From an uncultured archaeon (GTDB lineage Archaea > Asgardarchaeota > Lokiarchaeia > Sigyniarchaeales > SOKP01): a DNA stretch of 21,233 nucleotides. The DNA is taken from positions 1-21,233 of the forward strand of contig CAZGJX010000080.1 of assembly GCA_964525635.1 (NCBI GenBank), in the 5' to 3' direction. Under the pieces are notes generated by a model. It was not told the origin of the DNA and did no database searches. It saw only the letters and a program-made list of their open reading frames with translations. Made by a program: the position numbers and the translations under genes. Numbering within the stretch: position 1 is the stretch's first letter; each line of letters starts with the position of its first letter. Of this stretch, positions 14,815 through 21,233 are shown in pieces.

Positions 14815-16977
14815 ATGAAAAAACATAAAAGAAAACATCGTTTCAAGGAACAATTTAAAGGTTGTAAAAAAAAGCAAGAGACGAAGGATGGAAGAATTAT
14901 AAATATTGCTTTAGCGGGTAATCCTAATGTTGGAAAAAGTGTTATCTTTAACCAATTAACGGGACTTTCACAAACTATCGGTAATTGGCCTGGAAAAACA
15001 GTTGAAAGGATGGAAGGTCATTTGAATTTCTTAGGTCATTATATTAATATAGTTGATTTACCAGGTATTTATTCATTATCGACTTATTCTTTAGAAGAAA
15101 TTGTTAGTAGGGAATACATTGTTTCTGATGAAGTTGATATAATTATAAATGTTGTTGATGCTACAAACCTAGAAAGAAATCTTTTTTTAACTTTTCAATT
15201 GCTAGAATTAAGGATTCCTATAATCATTGCTATTAATCAAATGGATATACTTAGAAAGCGAAATATTGAACTTAATTTTGAGAAATTTGAGGAAATATTT
15301 AAGGTCCCAGTTATTCCCGTTGTAGCTGTTCATGGTGTTGGTGTACATCAATTATTAGAAGAAGTAATTGAATTAATTTATCACCAAGAATTCCATCCAC
15401 ATCGTCAAGAACATAAGACTAAACACTGGAGAGAACATCAACATTCTTTTAATATGAAAAGTATTTATCACCAACTAGAATCTAAGACTTCATTTAAGGA
15501 TATTTATAAATTTCCTGATTTGTCTTCCTTACTTTTATTTGGTAAAGAAATAGAATATAAAATTAATGATTTATGGAAACAATTGGATAATCGTTTTATA
15601 AATCCTAATCAATATTCATATCCCTCTCGATTTTTAGCATTAAAAATCCTTGAAAATGATAATGAAATTATAAAAATACTTTCAAAGAAAAAAGAAAACA
15701 TTAAAATAATAGAATCAGCAGAAAAATTTAGAAAAGAATTGGAGGATTATCATGGAGAGGATATTTCTACTATATTATCTTCCGAAATATATCAAAATAT
15801 TAATAGAGTTTTAGATGATTTAATAATTATTAAGTCTAAAAATGAAATTAAGAAAGAGACAATTACCGATATTTTAGATCATATAACAACTCATTCAATT
15901 TTTGGCTATATTATTTTAATTTTTGTTCTAATTGGAATATATTTATTTACTTTTACTATTGGAGACTTTTTGAAAGGATTATCAGAGGATTTATATAATA
16001 ATTTAAGCAATAATATAGATACTGATACTAATTTATCAAAAATTTTATGGGAAGGTGCTATGGGGGGATTCTTTGGAGCTGTGGGTGGTGTATTAGTATA
16101 TGTCATCCCGTTTTTCTTGATTATCGAAATCTTGCAAGATTCTGGTTACTTACCAAGAGCAGCATTTTTATTAGATAAATTTATGCATTTTCTAGGTGTT
16201 CATGGTAAAACTATTATTCCAATGATTCTTGGTTTTGGATGTAATGTACCTGCTTGCGCAGGATGTAGAATTATGGAGACTGAGAGAGAGAAAAAGATTT
16301 CTGTAGCTCTTACTTCATTGATTCCATGTGCTGCAACAATGACTGTTGTTATGGGATTAGTTGGTAGATATTTAGGATTTAATTATGTTTTGATTTTGTT
16401 TGGAATTAATTTTATTGTTATACTAATAGTTGGAAGAATTTTAAATAGAATTATGCCAGGTGAATGTACTGAACTAATTATGGAAATGCACGAGTACCGT
16501 GCCCCAAATACTAATGTTATTATGAAACAAACATGGATTCGTTCCAAAGAATTTATCTTTAAATCATTACCTATTATCGTCATAATTGGAATTCTAATGG
16601 AAGTTATGTACATATTTAATGCTCTCGATCCAGTCAATTTAGTACTCTCACCAATTACGGTTTTATGTTTAGGTCTTCCAGCTGTAACTGGAGTATTTCT
16701 AATATATGGAATTTTAAGAAAAGAATTAACAGTTGTTCTGCTTGGAGGTCTTGCTGAATCTATGGGTTTAGTATCCATATTGGAATTATTGACTCCTATT
16801 CAAATGTTTACTTTTAGTTTGGTTACAATGTTGTATATCCCCTGTTTTGCTACGATAATCATAATTGCTAAGCAAACTAATTGGAAGTATGCAATTCAAA
16901 TTTCCTTAATGGAGATATTCATTGCTATATTAATAGGAAGTCTTATTAATTGGGGATATTATTTATTTACAATTTAA
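14815..16977 (+). CDS. feoB: Ferrous iron transport protein B
   Basis: GNPNVGKS, GNWPGKTVE, DLPGIYSL, NQMD, DSGYLPRAAF, GFGCNVPA, LYIPC, and multiple TM helices. Confidence 0.97.
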   Translation: MKKHKRKHRFKEQFKGCKKKQETKDGRIINIALAGNPNVGKSVIFNQLTGLSQTIGNWPGKTVERMEGHLNFLGHYINIVDLPGIYSLSTYSLEEIVSREYIVSDEVDIIINVVDATNLERNLFLTFQLLELRIPIIIAINQMDILRKRNIELNFEKFEEIFKVPVIPVVAVHGVGVHQLLEEVIELIYHQEFHPHRQEHKTKHWREHQHSFNMKSIYHQLESKTSFKDIYKFPDLSSLLLFGKEIEYKINDLWKQLDNRFINPNQYSYPSRFLALKILENDNEIIKILSKKKENIKIIESAEKFRKELEDYHGEDISTILSSEIYQNINRVLDDLIIIKSKNEIKKETITDILDHITTHSIFGYIILIFVLIGIYLFTFTIGDFLKGLSEDLYNNLSNNIDTDTNLSKILWEGAMGGFFGAVGGVLVYVIPFFLIIEILQDSGYLPRAAFLLDKFMHFLGVHGKTIIPMILGFGCNVPACAGCRIMETEREKKISVALTSLIPCAATMTVVMGLVGRYLGFNYVLILFGINFIVILIVGRILNRIMPGECTELIMEMHEYRAPNTNVIMKQTWIRSKEFIFKSLPIIVIIGILMEVMYIFNALDPVNLVLSPITVLCLGLPAVTGVFLIYGILRKELTVVLLGGLAESMGLVSILELLTPIQMFTFSLVTMLYIPCFATIIIIAKQTNWKYAIQISLMEIFIAILIGSLINWGYYLFTI

Positions 16978-16989
16978 GAAGCGAGATAA

Positions 16990-17014
16990 CACATCTCTTT
17001 AGGTTAGGGATGTG
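16990..17014 (+). terminator. Hairpin CACATCTCT-TTAGGTT-AGGGATGTG after the feoB stop
   Basis: 9-bp stem with one G-U pair and a 7-nt loop, between convergent feoB and aor; function uncertain. Confidence 0.35.
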
Positions 17015-17103
17015 ATAAATTTTTAAATATTATAATTATTTTAGATTTTTGTGAATAATTGTTGAACAATTGAAAGAATATAAAAAAATAATTTAAGATC
17101 TAA

Positions 17104-19290
17104 TTATTGATAGGGTTTTATTACATGAATAACATCATCATAATCAATGCCAAGCTCTTTAATTAGTTCGATTTTAGGACAACCGAAAGCATTCCATCCA
17201 CGTTTTTCGTAAACAGCTTCTTGTAATTTAAAATATTGGATTGTTCTGTATTTTTTTAAAATAACCATTTTTTCTTCTATAGTTTTTTCAGAAATATCAA
17301 TGTCTAATTCTTTAAGCTGGTCATCATATCTTTCTTGTCGGCTCTTATATTCTTTTTTTGTTACAGGTCCCATTGCTCTATATGGTAAGTTGGAATCTTG
17401 TTCTCGAAGTCCTTTACCTTGACGAATATTGAAAATCCTCTGAAAATTGTATACTCGTTCAGACATTCTTATTAGATCATCAGGAGCAGATAGAATACCA
17501 GTTACAGCAGAAAAATAATCAGCGTACCATTGAACATGTTGAGGAATTTTTGCTTGGATTAATTCTCCTGCCATTTTTATTGGTAGATCATAATTACTTG
17601 GAGGAGGTACATCATTCCAACCAAGCTTACATAAACCAACCAATCCAAACCAAGTTCTCCATAAAGGAAACCAATAAAGGGCTTTAGCTTTATCTTCAAA
17701 GGTGGGAATGGAATGTCGTACAACATCTTCAAAAATCAGCCATGCTTCATCATGTTGTGGTCCCTTATTTGTGAATCCATATCCACCTTGCTGAGTAAGG
17801 CTTTCTTTAGTTACATATTCGGAAAATTCTAGACCTTTATGCTCCATCCCTATATCTTGAAGAAATTGGGAATCACCACCATATTCCTCAGCAAAAATCT
17901 TTTTCATTTGTTTTATGCCTTTTCCCACAATAATACCAAATCCTTCTCCTCGAGCCATTTGATGTATTAATTCTAAGCCAGCCTCAGCGTTTCCGAATTT
18001 TAATTCAAGCCCTCCAGTGATTTCCTTATTTAAGATCCCCTCCTCATAACATTCCATTACAAATGCAATACCAGTGCCTGTACTAATTGTATCTAATCCA
18101 TACGTGTCGCAGTAGAAATTTGCTTCTAATACCCATTTTGGGTCCCAAACTCCCCAATTTGATCCACATCCAGCAATTGTTTCATATTCAGGACCATCGA
18201 CTATAACTTTTTGTCCCTTGAAAGGACCGGTCATAACTTCATAATTACTAACCCAATGAGAGCAACTTATTGAACATCCAAGCCAACAACCATCTGCGCC
18301 CTTACCTGTATGTTCTCCAAAAATTTCAAGCCATGTTTGACGATTATAAGGAATATCTTTACCAGAAATTTCAGGATGATGTCCAAATCGATAATTTTCA
18401 GTAGGAAGTAAATCCGTCATGTTCATTATATCAGGTAGATATCCTGTTCCTACAAACCTCATCTGGTTCATAGAAGGATCATAAGTTATTATTTCTTTAT
18501 TATGTTTTTTCCCAATAGTTAACAATTTTTCGGGATCGGCAGGATTATTTTTCTTAACGTCGTATGGAGGCGCTCTGCATACAAGAGCTTTAACTTTTTT
18601 ATCAGCCAAAACAGTACCAATCCCACCACGACCTGCTTGTTTACATGAAGCCCATTTTCTTTTCCTATTATACCATGAAAAATTCAACATCCCCCAATTT
18701 GAATTTTTTGAAGCAGGGCCAGTACTTACTACAGATATTAATTGTTTTTCCTTTTCTGTAGGTTCTTTCGCGTATTTATCTGTCAATTGTTGCGTTAATG
18801 TATGAGAATAGTCAGAGAATCCATCTAATTCCTTCGAATCAAGGATTTGAATAAGATGATCTTGTCCATTAATAAATATAATTACTTCTTTTTCTGATTT
18901 TCCTTGAATTTCAATAGCATCAAAACCTGAATATTTAGTATATGGACCAAAATGACCTCCTACATTACTATCAATGATAATTCCTGTTAGAGGTGAAATT
19001 GTTGTTACTATCGACTTTCCACCACCCGGATAATATGTCGAAGCTCCAAGAGGTCCTGTAGCGATACATATCTCATTTTCAGGATCATTCCATTTAACGA
19101 TGCGATCTTTTGGTAAACTGTTCCACATAAGCCAAATATCAAATCCTCTTCCACCAATGAATTTCTCTTTCATTTCGTTAGTTACAGGTTTAATTTTTAT
19201 CTCGTTTGTAGTGAGATTTATATAAAGAGTTCTCCCAGTATAACCTTTGATCATATCTTGATGTTCATATTTAAGTTCTGCTAAAACCAA
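17104..19290 (-). CDS. aor: Aldehyde:ferredoxin oxidoreductase family (tungstopterin, AOR/WOR) enzyme
   Basis: FIGGRG, SPLTG..DSNVGG.FG, AGRGGIG, CWLGCSISC, GPEYET, CDTYGLDTISTG, ERVYNFQRIFN, YEKRGW. Confidence 0.92.
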   Translation of the reverse strand: MVLAELKYEHQDMIKGYTGRTLYINLTTNEIKIKPVTNEMKEKFIGGRGFDIWLMWNSLPKDRIVKWNDPENEICIATGPLGASTYYPGGGKSIVTTISPLTGIIIDSNVGGHFGPYTKYSGFDAIEIQGKSEKEVIIFINGQDHLIQILDSKELDGFSDYSHTLTQQLTDKYAKEPTEKEKQLISVVSTGPASKNSNWGMLNFSWYNRKRKWASCKQAGRGGIGTVLADKKVKALVCRAPPYDVKKNNPADPEKLLTIGKKHNKEIITYDPSMNQMRFVGTGYLPDIMNMTDLLPTENYRFGHHPEISGKDIPYNRQTWLEIFGEHTGKGADGCWLGCSISCSHWVSNYEVMTGPFKGQKVIVDGPEYETIAGCGSNWGVWDPKWVLEANFYCDTYGLDTISTGTGIAFVMECYEEGILNKEITGGLELKFGNAEAGLELIHQMARGEGFGIIVGKGIKQMKKIFAEEYGGDSQFLQDIGMEHKGLEFSEYVTKESLTQQGGYGFTNKGPQHDEAWLIFEDVVRHSIPTFEDKAKALYWFPLWRTWFGLVGLCKLGWNDVPPPSNYDLPIKMAGELIQAKIPQHVQWYADYFSAVTGILSAPDDLIRMSERVYNFQRIFNIRQGKGLREQDSNLPYRAMGPVTKKEYKSRQERYDDQLKELDIDISEKTIEEKMVILKKYRTIQYFKLQEAVYEKRGWNAFGCPKIELIKELGIDYDDVIHVIKPYQ

Positions 19291-19498
19291 TTATCTTCAC
19301 TTATCTTTAATTGAATGTATTAGTATAATTAATTATATGATGTGAAATTGTTTAACTATAATTAAATTTAGGTTTTTGTAGGGATAAGATAAAATTAGTT
19401 CATATCTTTAATATTTAATTTTTAAATCCTATAATCCCCTAATAAAGGAATTTTATAATCTTAAAATTCTTTAATTATTCGGCTTTTAATTTTTTAAC

Positions 19499-20449
19499 GT
19501 GAGGAATAAAAAAATAATTATAGGAATATCAGCGGCTCTAAGTGCTATGATATTAGTAGGGATACAACCAATAATAGCATTAGGTCGTAATGATTCAATT
19601 GATCCTTTTTTTTTTGCTGCTATTACTTGTCTTTATCAAGCCTTATTATTTTTACCAATTACTTTTCTAAATAGAAAAAAATTAAAATCACAGTTAAAAA
19701 AACATCCTACAATATATCACGTAAATTATTCGCTTTTATACGGTTGGAAAAAAAAGAAAAATATTTACTTTTTATTATATATTGGAATTAGTTTTTCTAT
19801 TTCTCAAATCTTATTTTATCTGGCTCTTGATATGGCAGGGGCTATAAATGGAGCATTAAGTCAAAAAATAACAATTCTTTTTGGTTTACTTTTTGGATAT
19901 TTAATAAATCATGAGAAGGTTTCATTTAAACAGATTCTTTTTTCATTTATTCTTTTATTTGGTCTTGTTATAGCGATAACAGAGGGAAAATTTAATTTAT
20001 TAGATTTGAATATAGGTGTTATTCTAATGACCATCACAACAATGCTTTGGATGCTTGCTCATTCATTAACAAAACCTATATTAGATTATAATCAAATAAG
20101 TTCTAGTCAATTAGTATTAACTCGTAATTTATTAAATGGATTAATAATATTTTCAATATATTTTATTTTTTTTCCATTAGAAAATATTAAACTATTCTTT
20201 AGTCCTGAAAATCAATTAGCTTTTTTTTTAATGGCTATAACTTATGGACTTGATTTAATATGTTGGTATACCACGCTTAAATATTTAGAGGTCTCCAAAG
20301 CAACTACTATTATGGCACCCACTCCAGTAGTAACCGCTATCTTATCAACGATTATAATAGGAGAAATTTTCACAGTTTATCATTTAATCGGTACAATAAT
20401 CATGGTCATATCAATTGTTATTATTGTAAAAGAAAAAAAAAAAAATTGA
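19499..20449 (+). CDS. DMT/EamA family transporter
   Basis: About 10 hydrophobic helices in two repeats, with the typical ends LFGYLINHEK and ILSTIIIGE; GTG start. Confidence 0.85.
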   Translation: MRNKKIIIGISAALSAMILVGIQPIIALGRNDSIDPFFFAAITCLYQALLFLPITFLNRKKLKSQLKKHPTIYHVNYSLLYGWKKKKNIYFLLYIGISFSISQILFYLALDMAGAINGALSQKITILFGLLFGYLINHEKVSFKQILFSFILLFGLVIAITEGKFNLLDLNIGVILMTITTMLWMLAHSLTKPILDYNQISSSQLVLTRNLLNGLIIFSIYFIFFPLENIKLFFSPENQLAFFLMAITYGLDLICWYTTLKYLEVSKATTIMAPTPVVTAILSTIIIGEIFTVYHLIGTIIMVISIVIIVKEKKKN

Positions 20450-20640
20450 CAGATTAATTCTTTTTTTTTTTAAGATTTGTATAAATCATATACATCAATA
20501 TATTCTTATATGATTCATATACGGCTAAATTTAGGAAAAATATCTATATTTGAGGCTTAGATAGAGAACTAGAAATATTTATAAATAGGATAATATTAGT
20601 ATATATCATTCTATATATTAATAAACTAATTTGTAAAAAT

Positions 20641-21233
20641 ATGTCTAATAAAGCTATTATCCAAGTTAAGAATTTAAAAAAATTTTTTGAACAAATCGTA
20701 AACAATAATATTGTACAAATTAAAGCAGTAAACGACATAACTTTTAATGTAAATGAAGGAGAGATCTTTGGTTTGTTGGGACCAAATGGAGCAGGAAAAA
20801 CAACCACAATTAAATTATTACTTGGTCTTTTAGAACCAAATGATGGAGAAATACGTGTCTTTGGGTTGAATCCAGAACGAGAGGATGTAAAAATCAAAGA
20901 AAATGTAGGATATGTAGCAGAAGATCCTTTAATATTCAAATCTCTAACACCAAAAGACTTATTTGATTTTATCTCATCTATAAGAAATTTAGATCCTTCT
21001 GAAGTTGATGCCAAAGTAAAAGAATATTTAGAGAGTTTAGAAGCAATCCAATATTATGATCAAATAATTGCTACATTATCTCATGGAAATAAGCAGAAGA
21101 TGCAATTAATTGCTGCAATCATCCATAATCCTAAATTATTGATACTTGATGAACCATTAGCAGGCCTTGATGCAAAATCTGTAAAAGTAGTTAAGGGAAT
21201 TTTGGATATTCATAAAGAAAATGGAGGAGCTGT
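20641..21233 (+). CDS. ABC transporter ATP-binding protein (3' truncated by the window end)
   Basis: Not in the ORF track. ATG at 20641 gives MSNKAIIQVKNL, Walker A GPNGAGKTT, signature LSHGNKQK and Walker B LILDEP. Confidence 0.92.
   Translation, partial: MSNKAIIQVKNLKKFFEQIVNNNIVQIKAVNDITFNVNEGEIFGLLGPNGAGKTTTIKLLLGLLEPNDGEIRVFGLNPEREDVKIKENVGYVAEDPLIFKSLTPKDLFDFISSIRNLDPSEVDAKVKEYLESLEAIQYYDQIIATLSHGNKQKMQLIAAIIHNPKLLILDEPLAGLDAKSVKVVKGILDIHKENGGA

Noticed and set aside
15906-16778. 66-aa and 131-aa minus-strand ORFs
   Set aside because: Antisense to feoB.
17052-17065. TGAATAATTGTTGA, a 12/14 match to the operator
   Set aside because: Lies between two convergent 3' ends with no downstream gene; probably chance, though an antisense promoter cannot be excluded.
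20544-21014. 156-aa minus-strand ORF
   Set aside because: Antisense shadow of the ABC ATPase starting at 20641.

Overview
Very AT-rich archaeal DNA, most consistent with an Asgard archaeon (Lokiarchaeia-like). This is inferred from a Rag-type small GTPase, a longin/uDENN-like domain, archaeal TATA-like promoters, GAGGTG RBSs with TTG starts, and a tungsten AOR. Left (1-4.4 kb): a universal stress protein pseudogene, a receiver (REC) + longin/uDENN-like fusion converging on a Rag-like GTPase, and hisS. Middle (4.4-17 kb): an Fe/Fe-S metal-cofactor island with four NifB/NifX (IPR003731) paralogs, a DUF134 HTH protein, two 4Fe-4S MinD-type ATPases, Mrp/ApbC, IscU, a radical SAM enzyme, an MBL hydrolase, DUF5320, a DtxR-family regulator and feoA-feoA-feoB. 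Right: aldehyde:ferredoxin oxidoreductase, a DMT transporter and a truncated ABC ATPase. Most notable observations: (1) the REC-longin protein carries a D-x3-R-G-x4-Y motif with the same spacing as the arginine finger of the eukaryotic Rag GAP folliculin and abuts a Rag-like GTPase, suggesting a phosphorylation-controlled GAP/GTPase module; (2) an exact 14-bp palindrome TGAATAATTATTCA (4 exact copies plus 1 variant) marks the island's promoters, while a second TTAG-N6-CTAA box marks the feoA promoters, suggesting a two-tier regulon; (3) both FeoA proteins have unusual paired CxxxC motifs. All calls come from reading motifs by eye; no database searches were run.
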